In this document: one piece after another, positions 11,306-24,039 of the stretch
Numbering within the stretch: the stretch's first letter is position 1
Layout: every line of letters starts with the position of its first letter
Source: Mustelus asterias
Lineage: Eukaryota
Direction: 5' to 3'
NCBI RefSeq assembly: GCF_964213995.1
Contig: NW_027590242.1
Span: 62,001-126,000, forward strand
DNA: 64,000 nucleotides
Made by a program: the position numbers and the translations under genes
Notes under the pieces: model-generated
What the model was told of the DNA's origin: nothing
Seen by the model: only the letters and a program-made list of their open reading frames with translations
Database searches by the model: none

Positions 11306-12064
11306 ATGGAGAAACGGTGGAAATGTGGGGACTGTGGGAAGGGATTCAATTACCCATCAAAGCTGGAAACTCATCGACGCAGTCACACTGGGGAGAGACC
11401 ATTCACCTGCTCTCAGTGTGGGAAGGGATTTAGTCAATTCTCCCTTCTGCTTACACACCAGCGAGTTCACACCGGGGAGAGGCCATTCGCCTGTTCTGAG
11501 TGTGGGAAGGGATTTAGTGATTTAGCCACACTGCGGAGACACCAGCGAATTCACAGTGGGGAGAGACCATTCACCTGCTCTGACTCTGGGAAGGGATTCA
11601 CTCAATCATCCCATCTGCTGGCACACCAGCGAGTTCACACTGGGGAGAAGCCATTCACCTGCCCTGTTTGTGGAAAAGTATTCAGCAATTCATCCACACT
11701 ACTGACACACCAGCGAGTTCACACTGGAGACAGACCGTTCAATTGCTCTGACTGTGGAAAGGGATTCATTCAGTCATCCCACTTGCTGACACACCAGCGG
11801 GTCCACACAGGGGAAAAGCCATTCACCTGCTCTGAGTGTGGGAGAGGATTCAGTGATTCATCAAACCTGCTGACACACCAGCGAGTTCACACTGAGAAGA
11901 AACCATTCAACTGCTCTGTGTGTGGAAAGGGATTCAAACATTCAGCAACCGTGATGAAACACCAGCGAGTTCACACCGGGGAGAGGCCGTTCACCTGCTC
12001 TATGTGTGGGAAGGGATTCACATTGTTATGCAACCTGCAGAGACACCAGCGAGTTCACAAGTGA
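11306..12064 (+). CDS. Tandem C2H2 zinc-finger protein, 9 fingers (finger 4 C>S degenerate)
   Basis: Kozak ACCATGG start (MEKRWKCGDC), HTGERPF linkers, ends HQRVHK*. Splice acceptor at ~10961. Confidence 0.85.
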   Translation: MEKRWKCGDCGKGFNYPSKLETHRRSHTGERPFTCSQCGKGFSQFSLLLTHQRVHTGERPFACSECGKGFSDLATLRRHQRIHSGERPFTCSDSGKGFTQSSHLLAHQRVHTGEKPFTCPVCGKVFSNSSTLLTHQRVHTGDRPFNCSDCGKGFIQSSHLLTHQRVHTGEKPFTCSECGRGFSDSSNLLTHQRVHTEKKPFNCSVCGKGFKHSATVMKHQRVHTGERPFTCSMCGKGFTLLCNLQRHQRVHK

Positions 12065-12539
12065 TGACAGGGGTTGGATTCTGCTGTTATTGCTGTGGTT
12101 AATCGCATCCAGGACTGAACCATGTTCATTCTGACAGTTGGTGAAGTGGGAGGGTCGGAGGGTTTCTTTCTCGTGGACTGGCCGGTCCCACAACTTTGCT
12201 TCCAGTGGCTGATGCTCTTTGAGCCTGGGAGAGCACATTTCCACTGAAATGATCCACATTTGATGGCAGGATTAGAGGATACATGTGAAGATTCTTGTAG
12301 TTTAATTGTGAATGTCAGTGCTGGAGAAATACTATTTCTTAAATTGAATTCGCTTTTTAACTTAAAGAGAAATAGTCACTTTCCTTCACACACACAGATT
12401 AGTGTGGGTTTGATTATCAGTTTCTGTAATGGTGTTGTTGTGATGCATTTTCTGTGACTTTTATTTCTTATGAAAATAAAATAAAAATGGTATTTTGTAA
12501 TGTGTATATTGCTTCCTGAGCTTTAGCACACCTGTCACC

Positions 12540-13625
12540 TTTCTGTGTAGATTTTCTATGTTCTGTAGTAATTGCTGTATTAGTTTGTGTATCTCTTGTA
12601 CTTTTAGTTATTTGTCTTTAAGTAACTTGCTTCAGGCGTCGGCAGTCACTAAGAAATGAAACATCACACCTCAGATGTAGCAGTTAGGTCGATGAGCCTG
12701 AGGAACATCAATCATCAGGAAGTGACACCACACGTCCTTTTATTACAAGGAAGCAGACACACAAATGACCTTGTGCTGCCTTGTTATCTCAGTGGAAAAG
12801 CTTTAAACTTACTACAGCAGCAGGGAAAAGCAATAAAGAAAAGGATGTTGCTGCAAGTGACTGAGATCCTGGATTAACTCAGTTAGGAGTTAATGGGAAG
12901 TGATATCAGCAAGGTGACCCGGGCAGCACGGTGGCACAGTGGTTAGCACTGCTGCCGCACAGTGCCAGGAACCTGGGTTCAATTCCGGCCTTGAGCAACT
13001 GTGTGGAGTGAGTACGTTCTCCCCGTGTCCGCATGGGTTTTCTTCAGGTGCTCCGGTTTCCTCCCACACTCCAAAGATGTGCAGGTTAGATTGATTGTGT
13101 TAAATTGCCCCTTAGTGTCAGGGGAATTAGTTGGGTGAATACGTGGGGTTACGGGAATAGGTACTGGGTGGGATTGTGGTCAGTGCAGACTCGATGGGCC
13201 GAATGGCCTCCTTCTGCACTGTAGGGATTCGATGATTTCTATGAGTTAATGGGAAGTGACATCAGCAAGATGACCAATATCCTTCAGGGACCAATCAGAC
13301 ATTGATCATGCACCATTTTATCAATCAGGGATTGATCATGTGCTGCTTGGGCCACTCAGAACCACAGCAGATGAGCGACAAAGCTGAATGAGCGAATACC
13401 ACACAGAGATAGTTGTGAGCGAGGGTTAATGAGCGACAATTTTCCGGAGCTCGGTGCGCAACACAACACAACATGAAGTAAGAAGATAGACTTTGGTCAA
13501 CAGAACAGCCGACAGCCACAGTCAACCAGAAGCCGAGAGCTGGTGTTCCAGAGTGAGTGGACTGATCCACTGTGTTTAAATATTGTGATTTTGTACTGAT
13601 TACAATTAATAAATTCTGTGACAAC
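12540..13625 (+). mobile_element. Possible solo LTR interrupted by an HE1 SINE
   Basis: AATAAA followed by ...tgacaaca end. No coding remnants. The boundaries are a guess. Confidence 0.25.
12920..13242 (+). mobile_element. HE1 SINE with a 33-bp flanking duplication
   Basis: Full head, core and tail. gagttaatgggaagtga.atcagcaag.tgacc occurs at 12887-12919 and 13243-13275. Confidence 0.85.
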
Positions 13626-14577
13626 ATTCTTGTACCCGGAATGGTCTGTAACTAGTCAGGAGCTGCAGATTCCTTTCACAACTTATTCCAATGGGTAACT
13701 GACTTCAGGATTACAATTGAGATTGGAGCTAAACCCATATCTGACAACAGGATAGAATTGAAGGGAGAAGTGTGGGTCTAAGACCAGTGTTTTAAACCAA
13801 AATAAAGGGACTGAAGGCAGAGCTGGCAAAGCCATACAAAGTAAGGGAAATTATATTGTTTGATCTTTGATTTGTTTGACACATTTTCTGTGTATTTCGA
13901 TGATCCTGGTTGGGACAGTTAATGTTTAAAGAGAAATTCAAAAAGCTGGTAATTTACTGTAAGAATTATACCACAAGATTTTATGCATTTAACCGAAAAC
14001 AAACTTTATTGGATATATGAAACAAAAGAAAATTAAAAATCAACACTACAAACTTAACACTGTAGTTTAGAAATACTTATGTTATAAACTCAGTTCTACT
14101 TTTTAACTTCTACCCCTAGGTTTCCCTAATACTTCATGATATCTTGAAGGTTCATTCACTTCTGTTCCTGTGAACATATGGAAAGTATGTCAAAGCTCCC
14201 CAGAATTCACTTTTAATTCTCCGTGTTCCAGCTATTCTCCAAGATTTTATGAGGTCCTTCCATTAGTTTCCCACTAAACAACCTTCTAACTTTCCTCTAA
14301 GATCCCAAAACTGTGGACTCCTCAGTCCAAACCTGAGCTTCACTGCCTTCTTGTGGAGGGATTTAAACATGAGGAACAGCCCTGGTTCCTCATGGCCCTC
14401 TGGGCTTCTAGTCCCACAGCTGGTTCACAGCTCCTGCTCCCACAGCTGGTTCACAGCTCCTGGATCCACAGCTGACAGCTTCCAGGCTAACTGCAGACTG
14501 CCTGATTTCTGTGAAACGTCAAAACCTCTCTCGTTTCTCCTTCCCGTTTAACTCAGGGTCTGCGGAATATTCCATTC

Positions 14578-14970
14578 AGGGGGAGGTGGTGGGATAGTGG
14601 GAATGTCTCTGGCCGAGTAATGCAGAGACCCAGCAAAGGATCCGGGGACAGGCAGCTGGTAGGATTTGAATTCAGTGAATCAATCTGGAATTATATAAAG
14701 TTAGTTTCATGGTCACCGTTACGAGACTATCATTGATTGTTGTAAAAACCTGTCCAGTTCACCCTATTAATGCTCCCTATTAGGGAGGGAAATCTGCCAT
14801 CCTTACCCGGTCTGGCCGACATGTGAATCCAGACCCACACAGCAATGTGGGTGACTCTTAACTGCCCCTCTGAAATGGCCGAGCAAGTCACTCCGTTCAG
14901 GGGCAATTAGGAGCTGAGCACCGTGTGCTGGGGCTTTGCCAGCAGTGTCCACATCCCAGGAAAGAATAAA
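14578..14970 (+). mobile_element. SacSINE1/DeuSINE-like SINE
   Basis: 'ggaaatctgcc.tccttacc.ggtctggcc.acatgtga.tccaga..cacagcaatgtgg' core shared by five copies in the window. Confidence 0.7.
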
Positions 14971-15599
14971 GAATATTCCATGGAAAGTGATGGGTGATTT
15001 GAAATGAATTGAAAGTAGGTCAGGAGGTGCTCGTATTGTCCAGAGCTGCTTTTCAATGGATCCTCCTGTTTAAAATAAAAACACATCAGTGTGCCCCTTT
15101 CCCAGACACAGTTGACCTTGGAATATCACAATGCTGTTTTTAAACATTCCTTTGTTAAAGAATCAGTCATTTAGAATTGTGAAACAGACAGAAATTAAAT
15201 GTCCCATTTTTCCTGGGATCCTCCTGTGCCTGGCACCGGTGTCCTGAACAAGGTTATTAACATTCTCTGGGTTAAAGGTTCCTCCTGGTTGTTGCTGTCT
15301 GTTGTGTCCTTTGTCACGGTCGGTACCAGGACATTTCTATTGAAAGGTTGTTAAGAAATTCCAGTGAATTCCAGCCCCTTGTGTAACGTTCCATTTGGTG
15401 TGTGTCAGATTCAGAGATGTCCACGTGTGTGTGAAAAGGGTTCTGGGTAAGGGTTTTAACCCTTCTTTCCCCGTTAGTAACAATGAGCCCTGTATTCAAT
15501 TCTAAAGTATAAAGTCCTCATTAGATATCAATTCTACCTGTTATCTACATTTCACCAACCAGTCTATATTTTCATCACAGGACTGCAGTGGGAGCACCG

Positions 15600-16739
15600 T
15601 CAACATCTTACTGACTTGATCGATTTTATCGAGGAGATGATGAAGGTGATCGATGAGGGTAGAGCAGTGGATGTTGTGAACATGGATTTTAGTGAGGCTT
15701 TCAACAAGGTCCCTCATGGTCGGCTCATCCAGAAGATTAAGATGCATGGGATTCACGGTGACTTGGCCACTTGGATTCAGAATTGACTTGCCCATAGAAG
15801 TCAGGGAGTAGTGGTGGAGGGTGTTTTTCTGACTGGAGGTCCATGACGAGTGGTGTTCTGCAGGGATCTGTACTGGGACCTGGGCTATTTGTGATATATA
15901 TAAATGACTTGGATGAAAACGTGGCTGGGTGGGTTAGCAAGCTGGCAGATGTCACAAAGCTAGATGGAGTTGTAGATAGTGTAGAAGGTTGTCAAAGGAT
16001 ACAGTGGGATGTAGATCAGCTGCAGATATGAGCGGAGAAATGGCAGATGAATTTTAATCCGGGCAAGTGTGAGGTGCTGCACTTTGGGAGATCAAATATT
16101 AAGGATAAGTATACAGTTAATGTACAGAGGGATCTTGGGGTTCAAGTCCATAGCTCCCTGAAATTAGCCACACAAATATTTAGTCGGTAAAGAAGGCAGA
16201 TGGCATGCTTGCCTTTATTGAGTACAAGAGTCAGCATGCCATGTTGCAGCTTTATAAAACTTTGTTTGGGCCACACTTAGAATATTGCGTTCAATTCTGG
16301 TCGCCACATTACAGAAAGGATGCAGAGGCTTTGATGAGGGTGCAGAAGAGGTTTCCCAGGATGCTGCCTGGATTGGAGGGTGTGAGCGACTGACAAATGA
16401 GGGTTGTTTTCTCGATAGCGGTGGAGGATGAGGGGAGACCTGATAGCAGTCTATAAAATGAGAGACATAGAATCTTTTCCCCAGAGTTGATATGTCTAAT
16501 ACCAGGGAGCATGCACTTAAGGTGAGACGGGGAAAGTTCAAAGGAGATGTGAGAGGTAAGGTTTTTTACACAGAGAGTGGTAGGTGTCTGGAATGCGCTG
16601 CTAGGAGTGGTGGTGGAGGCAGATACGATAGGGGCATTTAAGGGGGTTTTAAATAAGCACATGAATATGCAAGGGATAGAGGAATATGGACCAAGGGCAG
16701 GCAGAAAGGAATAGTTCAATTTGGCATCATGTTCAACAC
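15600..16739 (+). mobile_element. Older CR1-type LINE ORF2 (RT) fragment; its 3' UTR resumes at 18862-18915
   Basis: SGVLQGSVLGP..IYINDLD and HLEYCVQFWSP motifs with stops and frameshifts. Confidence 0.85.
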
Positions 16740-18861
16740 AACAGGCTGTTCTCTGGTAAGGATGTAAATGGAAAGTGGGAGGCCTTCAAAGGAGAAATTT
16801 TGAGAGTGCAGAGTTTATATGTTCCTGTCAGGATTAAAGGCAAAGTAAATAGGAATAAGGAACCTTGGTTCTCGAGGGAGATTGTAACACTGATTAAGAG
16901 GAAGAGAGAGTTGAATGAAATGTACAGGCAGCAGAGGAACAGATTAGATGCTTGAGGAGTATAAAAAGTGCAAGAAGCTACTTAAGAGGGAAATCAGGAG
17001 GGCTAAAAGAAGACTTGAGGTTGCTTTGGCAGACAGAGTGAAGGAAAATCCAAAGAGCTTCTATAGGTATGTTAGGAGCAAAAGGATAGTGAGGGATAAA
17101 ATTGGTCGTCTTGAAGATCAGAGTGGTCGGCTATGTATGGAACCGAAAGAAATGGGGGAGATATTAAATGGGTTTTCTGCATCCGTATTTACTAAGGAAA
17201 CGGGCATGGAGTCTACGGAAATAGGGCAAACAGGTAGGGAGGTCATGGAAACTTTACAGATTAAAGGGGAGGAGGTGCTTGCTGTCTTGAGGCAAATCAG
17301 AGTGGATAAATCCCCAGGACCGGACAGGGTATTCCCACAGACCCTGAGGGAAGCTAGTGTTGAACTTGCAGAGGCCCTGACAGACATATTTAAAATGTCA
17401 GTATTCACGGGGGAGGTGCCGGATGATTGGAGGGTGGCTCATGTGGTTCTGTTGTTTAAAAAAGGTTCCAAAAGAAATCTGGGAAATTATAGGCCAGTAA
17501 GTTTGACGTCGGTGGTGGGCAAGTTATTGGAAGGTGTGATAAGGATAGGATCTACAAATATTTGGATAGACAGGGACTTATTAGGGAGAGTCAACATGGC
17601 TTTGTGCGTGGTAGGTCATGTTTAACCAATCTATTAGAGTTTTTCGAGGAGGTTACCAGGAAAGTGGATGAAGGGAAGGCAGTGGATGTTGTTTACCTGG
17701 ATTTCAGCAAGGCCTTTGACAAGGTCCCTCATGGGAGGTTAGTTAGGAAGGTTCAGTCGCTAGGTATATATGGGGAGGTAGTAAATTGGATTAGACACTG
17801 GCTCAATGGAAGAAGCCAGAGAGTGGTTGTGGAGGATTGCTTCTCTGAGTGGAGGCCTGTGACTAGTGGTGTGCCGCAGGGATCGGTGTTGGGTCCATTG
17901 TTGTTTGTCATCTATATCAATGATCTGGATGATAATGTGGTAAATTGGATCAGCAAATTTGGAGGTGTAGTGGACAGTGAGGAAGGTTTTCAAAGCTTGC
18001 AGAGGGATTTGGACCAACTAGAAAAATGGGCTGAAAAATGGCAAATGGAATTTAACGCAGACAAGTGTGAGATATTGCACTTTGGAAGGACAAACCAAAG
18101 AAGAACGTACAGGGTAAATGGTAGGACTCTGAAGAGTGCAGTTGAACAGAGGGATCTGGGAATACAGGTACAGAATTCCCTCAAAGTGACGTCACAGGTG
18201 GATAGGGTCATAAAGAGTGCCTTTGGTACATTGGCCTTTATAAATCGGAATATTGAGTAGAAAAGTTGGAGTGTTATGGTAAGGTTATATAAGGCATTGG
18301 TGAGGCCGAATTTAGAGTATTGTGTACAGTTTTGGTCACCTCGTTACAGGAAGGATGTAAATAAGGTTGAAAGAGTGCAGAGAAGGTTCACAAGGATGTT
18401 GCCGGGACTTGAGAAGCTGAGTTACAGAGAGAGATTGAATAGGTTGGGACTTTATTCCCTGGAGCGTAGAAGATTGAGGGGAGATTTGATAGAGGTGTAT
18501 AAGATTTTGATGGGTATAGATAGAGTGAATGCAAGCAGACTTTTTCCACTGAGGCGAGGGGAGAAAAAAACCAGATGGCATGGGTTAAGGGTGAAAGGAG
18601 AAAAGTTTAAAGGGAATATTAGGGGGGGCTTCTTCACGCAGAGAGTGGTGGGAGTGTGGAATGAGCTGCCGGATAAAGTGGTAAATGCGGGGTCACTTTT
18701 AACATTTAAGAAAAACTTGGACGGGTTCATGGATGAGAGGGGTGTGGAGGGATATGGTCCAAGTGCAGGTCAGTGGGACTAGGCATAAAATGGTTCGGCA
18801 CAGACAAGAAGGGCCAAAAGGCCTGTTTCTGAGCTGTAATTTTCTATGGTTCTATGGTTCT
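16740..18861 (+). mobile_element. Younger 5'-truncated CR1-type LINE nested in the 3' UTR of the older copy
   Basis: ORF2 pieces at 16948-17625, 17562-18260 and 18276-18782 (YLDFSKAFD, GVPQGSVLGP). An in-frame deletion removes ADDTKI (WISKF-GGVV). (ctatggtt)n tail; caaca on both sides. Confidence 0.9.
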
Positions 18862-19250
18862 GCAACATGGTGGGCTGAAGGGTCTGTTCCTGTGCTGTAC
18901 TGTTCTACGTTCTATTTGTGATCTCCATTGAGAAAAAGGATTTAGAGGCACTGGAGAAGGGGCAAGAAAGATTCACAAGAATAATCCCAGAACTGTAATC
19001 ACTTGTGAACTCACTGGTGTTTCACCAAGTTTGCTGACTGAGTGAATCCCTTCCCAGTCAGAGCAGGTGACCAGCCTCTGCCCGGTGTGAACTCACTGGT
19101 GGGACATTAGTTCCCGAGAGCTTTTGAAGCCACGCCCACATTTAAAGGGTCTCTCCTGGGTGTGATGATGTTGTGTCTGGGCAGGCTGGATAACCGAGTA
19201 AATCCTTTCGCACACACCGAGCAGGTGAATGGTTTCTCCCCGGTGTGAAC

Positions 19251-20417
19251 TCACTGGTGTTTCAGCAGTGTTGATGATATTCTAAACCTCCTTGAACAGT
19301 GAGAGCAGCTGAACGGCCTCTCCCCGGTGTGAATGTGCTCGGGGATCATCAGTTCCTGAGAGCTTCTGAAGCCGGCCTCTCGGGCAGAGCATTTAAAGGG
19401 GCTCTCCTTGGAGTGAGTGGCTTTGTGTCTCAGCAGGCTGGATGAATGAGTGAATTGCTTCCCACACACAGAGCAGGGGAATGGTCTCTCCCCGGTGTGA
19501 ACACGCTGGTGTATCCGCAGGTTGGATGATGCTTTAAATCTCTTTGTGCAGTGAGAGCAGCTGAACGGTCTCTCCTCAGTGTGAATGCGCTGGTGGGACA
19601 CCAGGTCCTGAGAGCTTTTGAATCCGCTCCCACAGTCAGAGCATTTAAACGGTCTCTCATTGGTGTGAGTGAGATTGTGTTTCAGCAGGCTGGATAACTG
19701 AGTGAATCCCTTCCCACACACAGAGCAGGTGAATGGCCTTTCCCCAGTGTGAACTCGCTGGTGTATCCACAGGTTGGATGATGTTCTAAACCTCTTTGAG
19801 CAGTGAGAGCAGCTGAACGGTCTCTCCTCAGTGTGAATGCGCTGGTGGGACACCAGTTCTCCAGAGCTTTTGAATCCGCTCCCACAGTCAGAGCATTTAA
19901 AGGGTCTCTCATTGGTATGAGTGACTCGGTGTGTCTTCAGGGTGGATGACTGAGTGAATCCCTTCCCACACACAGAGCAGGTGAACGGTCTCTCCCCGGT
20001 GTGAACTCGCTGGTGTATCCGCAGGTTGGATGAAGTTCTAAATTTCTTTGTGCAGTGAGAGCAGCTGAACGGTCTCTCCTCACTGTGAGTGCGCTGGTGG
20101 GACACCAGTTCCCCAGAGCGTTTGAAACCACTCCCACAGTCAGAGCATTTAAATGGTCTCTCATTGGTGTGAGTGAGATTGTGTTTCTGCAGGCTGGATA
20201 ACTGACTGAATCCCTTCCCACACACAGAGCAGGTGAATGGCCTCTCCCCAGTGGGAACTCCCTGGTGTGTTTGTAAATGGGATAACTGACTGAATCCCTT
20301 CCCACACACAGAGCAGGTGAATGGCCTCTCCCCAGTGTGACTGCGTTGATGAATTTCCAGAAGGGATGGGAACATGAATCTCTTCCCACAGTCACTACAT
20401 TTCCACGGTTTCTCCAT
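19251..20417 (-). CDS. Tandem C2H2 zinc-finger protein (~13-14 fingers) ending at a premature CGA>TGA stop; decayed fingers continue to ~18998
   Basis: 388-aa ORF starting [10 protein letters not shown] with a 3-finger (252-bp) higher-order repeat. Ends HQ* where the consensus is HQRVH. Confidence 0.8.
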   Translation of the reverse strand: MEKPWKCSDCGKRFMFPSLLEIHQRSHTGERPFTCSVCGKGFSQLSHLQTHQGVPTGERPFTCSVCGKGFSQLSSLQKHNLTHTNERPFKCSDCGSGFKRSGELVSHQRTHSEERPFSCSHCTKKFRTSSNLRIHQRVHTGERPFTCSVCGKGFTQSSTLKTHRVTHTNERPFKCSDCGSGFKSSGELVSHQRIHTEERPFSCSHCSKRFRTSSNLWIHQRVHTGERPFTCSVCGKGFTQLSSLLKHNLTHTNERPFKCSDCGSGFKSSQDLVSHQRIHTEERPFSCSHCTKRFKASSNLRIHQRVHTGERPFPCSVCGKQFTHSSSLLRHKATHSKESPFKCSAREAGFRSSQELMIPEHIHTGERPFSCSHCSRRFRISSTLLKHQ

Positions 20418-21720
20418 GGTGCGGGTGTCCTTGTGACTCTCCAGGTTAAAAAATCAGTTAAATCTCACACAGAACACGGGTACAGTCTCTCCCCGCTGTG
20501 AATGCTGCGATGTATTTTCAGGCTGTGTAACTGGTTAAAGCTCTTTCCACACTCAGTGCACTGGAACACTCTCACTCGGGTGTGTGTATCTCAGTGCATT
20601 TCTCGTCACAGCGATGTTTACAATCTTTTGAAGCCAAGAGGCCAAACAAACATTTCTCCTGCTAGCTTCAAAGGCCGATGATATTCAGGTCTCAAGAAGT
20701 CGAGTCACTCTGTCAGATCTAGATGTGATGTTGGAGATTTCTGTCTGATTTCTCCTTGTCTAATATCCTGTGAGTCAATTTAGAAAAAAAAAAAAATCGC
20801 AATTCAGAATATGATCGAAATTCAAATCTACATTTCTAGTTTCTATGGAGCATTCATTAAAGACACAGTCATGGAGCATTAAACTTGCCGAGCAGAGCCT
20901 CTCGTATCAGCACACAGGCAGCTGCTTTGTGAGACTGCCAGCAGTACGGACAAGTCAGAGATAAGGGTGTCCTCAGAAGTGGGATTCATTGTGAAAGCTC
21001 AGGGACGGTTGATAAGATGCAGCAATTCTATGATTCTAATGAACATTCTTTCCTCTCTCATTCCGCAAAAGCCATGAATCTCCATCCCACACACTCTCCC
21101 TCCATTCTCACTCTGCTGTATCTAATATTCACCCTCCCAATTCTCCTGAAGGTGCTGATTGAGGCTGATTGACAGATCCATGCTCACTGCTTCCTGTCCA
21201 GCACAGAAATCAGAACAAATAGGAGCTGCAGTCAGCATTCGGCCCATCGAGTCTGCTCTACCATTCATTCAGATTATTGGTTGATCTACCTCTGCATTAT
21301 TTTCCCCACACTGTCCCCCATATCCATCGATATCTTCAATATCCAGAAACCTATCAATCCCTCTCTTGAAAATTCTTGATGACTGAGGCTCTGTAGTCCT
21401 CTGGGGTAGAGAATCCAAAACATCACCACGTCCTTGAGTGAAGAAATCCTTCCTCATCTGAGTTTTCTCTCCATTTTCCAGCCTGGTCCCAATAATTATT
21501 GACTCCCTTGTCATTCAAAAACTGTCTAACATCCTTGAATATATTCAATCCCTCCACTGGTCCCTATGGAAGAGAAATCTGGATACTAACAATTCTCTGA
21601 GGGAAGAGATTGTTGGAAATATATAATATAGCTGCAGTCCAAAATTACACAGTCAGATATAATACGTGTATTTTGTTACAGAGCTATAAATAACATATCT
21701 AATCTGTACCATATAACAAC

Positions 21721-22113
21721 AGGGGAGCTGAAAGCCTCGTGGTATTATCGCTAGACTATTAATCCAGAAATTTAGCTGATGTTCTGGGGACCCAGGTTCG
21801 AATCCTGCCACGGCAGATGGTGGAATTTGAATTTAAAAACAAAATATAGAATTAAGAATCTACTGATGACCATGAAACCATTGTCGATTGACCAAAAAAA
21901 CCCATCTGGTTCATTAACGCGCTTTAGGAAGGAAATCTGCCGTCCTTACCCAGTCTGGCCTACATGTGACTCCAGAGCCACAGCAATGTGGTTGACTCTC
22001 AACCAGCTTCTGAAATGGCCCAGCGAGCCATTCAGTTCAAGGGCAATTAGGGATGGGCAATAAATGCTGGCCCAGCCGGCAATGCCCGTGTCCCAAGGAT
22101 GAATAAAATAAAA
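21721..22113 (+). mobile_element. SacSINE1/DeuSINE-like SINE
   Basis: tRNA-like head (ggttcgaatcc), conserved core and gaataaaataaaa end. Confidence 0.75.
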
Positions 22114-22269
22114 CATCAGACACGTCTCTGTCCGATATTAGTTTACTGTCCCCTTTAATATATTTCAGAAATTAGATGGGCACATGAACGAAATAAACTT
22201 GAGGGGAAAGGGAATATAGAAGGGGAATGGGACTGACTGGATTGTTCGACAGAGAGTCGGCATGGATTT

Positions 22270-23185
22270 GAACAAAGAACAAAGGACAATACAGCACAGG
22301 AACAGGCCCTTCGGCCCTCCAAGCCCGTGCCGCTCCCTGGTCCAAACTAGACCATTCTTTTGTATCCCTCCATTCCCACTCCGTTCATGTGGCTATCTAG
22401 ATAAGTCTTAAACGTTCCCAGTGTGTCCGCCTCCACCACCTTGCCTGGCAGCGCATTCCAGGCCCCCACCACCCTCTGTGTAAAATATGTCCTTCTGATA
22501 TCTGTGTTAAACCTCCCCCCCTTCACCTTGAACCTATGACCCCTCGTGAACGTCACCACCGACCTGGGGAAAAGCTTCCCACCGTTCACCCTATCTATGC
22601 CTTTCATAATCTTATACACCTCTATCAAGTCTACCCTCATCCTCCATCTTTCCAGGGAGAACAACCCCAGTTTACCCAATCTCTCCTCATAACTAAGCCC
22701 CTCCATACCAGGCAACATCCTGGTAAACCTCCTCTGTACTCTCTCCAAAGCCTCCACGTCCTTCTGGTAGTGTGGCGACCAGAACTGGACGCAGTATTCC
22801 CAATGCGGCCAAACCTACGTTCTATACATCTGCAACATCAGACCCCAACTTTTTTACTCTATGCCCCGTCCTATAAAGGCAAGCATGCCAAATGCCTTCT
22901 TCACAGCCTTCTCCACCTGTGACGTCACCTTCAAGGATCTGTGGACTTGCACACCCAGGTCCCTCTGCGTATCTACACCCTTTATGGTTCTGCCATTTAT
23001 CGTATAGCTCCTCCCTACATTATTTCTACCAAAATGCATCACTTCGCATTAATCAGGATTGAACTCCATCTGCCATTTCTTTGCCCAAATTTCCAGCCTA
23101 TCTATATCCTTCTGTAGCTTCTGACAATGCTCCTCACTATCTGCAAGTCCTGCCAATTTTGTGTTGTCCGCAAACTTACTGATTC
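22270..23185 (-). mobile_element. CR1-type LINE 3' fragment (young)
   Basis: ORFs 22347-22757 and 22854-23042 encode the ORF2 C-terminus. (ttctttg)n tail at 22270-22286. Confidence 0.9.
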
Positions 23186-23396
23186 AGATTGAGTTACTGA
23201 ATGGACTCCTGCGCTGTAATGACTCGATGAGTGGAAATATATAACATAGCTTCAGTGCTACATTACAAGATGAGAAATAATAATAAATGTACTTTGTTAC
23301 AGAACCATAAATAATATGCCAAATCTACAATATAACAACACCAGGCATATCTCTGTCCTATATTAATTTATTGTTCTCTTAACCACTGTGCTACCG

Positions 23397-23720
23397 GGCG
23401 GCACGGTAGCACAGTGGTTAGCACTGGTGCTTCACAGCTCCAGGGACCTGGGTTCGATTCCCGGCTTGGGTCACTGTCTGTGTGGAGTTTGCACATTCTC
23501 CTCGTGTCTGCGTGGGTTTCCCCCGGTTTCCTCCCACAGTCCAAAGATGTGCGGGTTAGGTTGACTGGCCAGGTTAAAAATTGCACCTTAGTGTCCTGAG
23601 ATGTGTAGGTTAGAGGGATTAGCGGGTAAAATATGTGGGGGTAGGGCCTGGGTGGGATTGTGGTCGGTGCAGACTCGATGGGCCGAATGGCCTCCTTCTG
23701 CACTGTAGGGTTTCTATGAC
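23397..23720 (+). mobile_element. HE1 SINE (young) with a short inverted copy of its head at 23380-23396
   Basis: Closely matches the copy at 56509-56850. Confidence 0.9.
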
Positions 23721-24039
23721 TAAATGTCAGCCATCTCCTGGGGAAACCAGCCCTTTAATTGTGAACATTCGGAAAGAGACCATCCTTTTAGCCAGACAAA
23801 TCAATGCGTCAAGCTGAGGGAGCAAAGGATGTCAATGTCTTTAAGTCAGAAAGAGAGAGACCTGGACCAACCTTTCCAGAGTCTGCAGCCTCCGTGGATT
23901 CACTTCCTTTCCCTTCAGTTGCTGCAAGTCCCCAATTTCCCCCAGAATGAGAAAAGAAATGGAAAGGGGGATGAAAGAAAGTGTTTTACTCTCAGATGTG
24001 GGAGACAGAAGGAAGTTTGAGTCTGTCTCTACTCAATCT

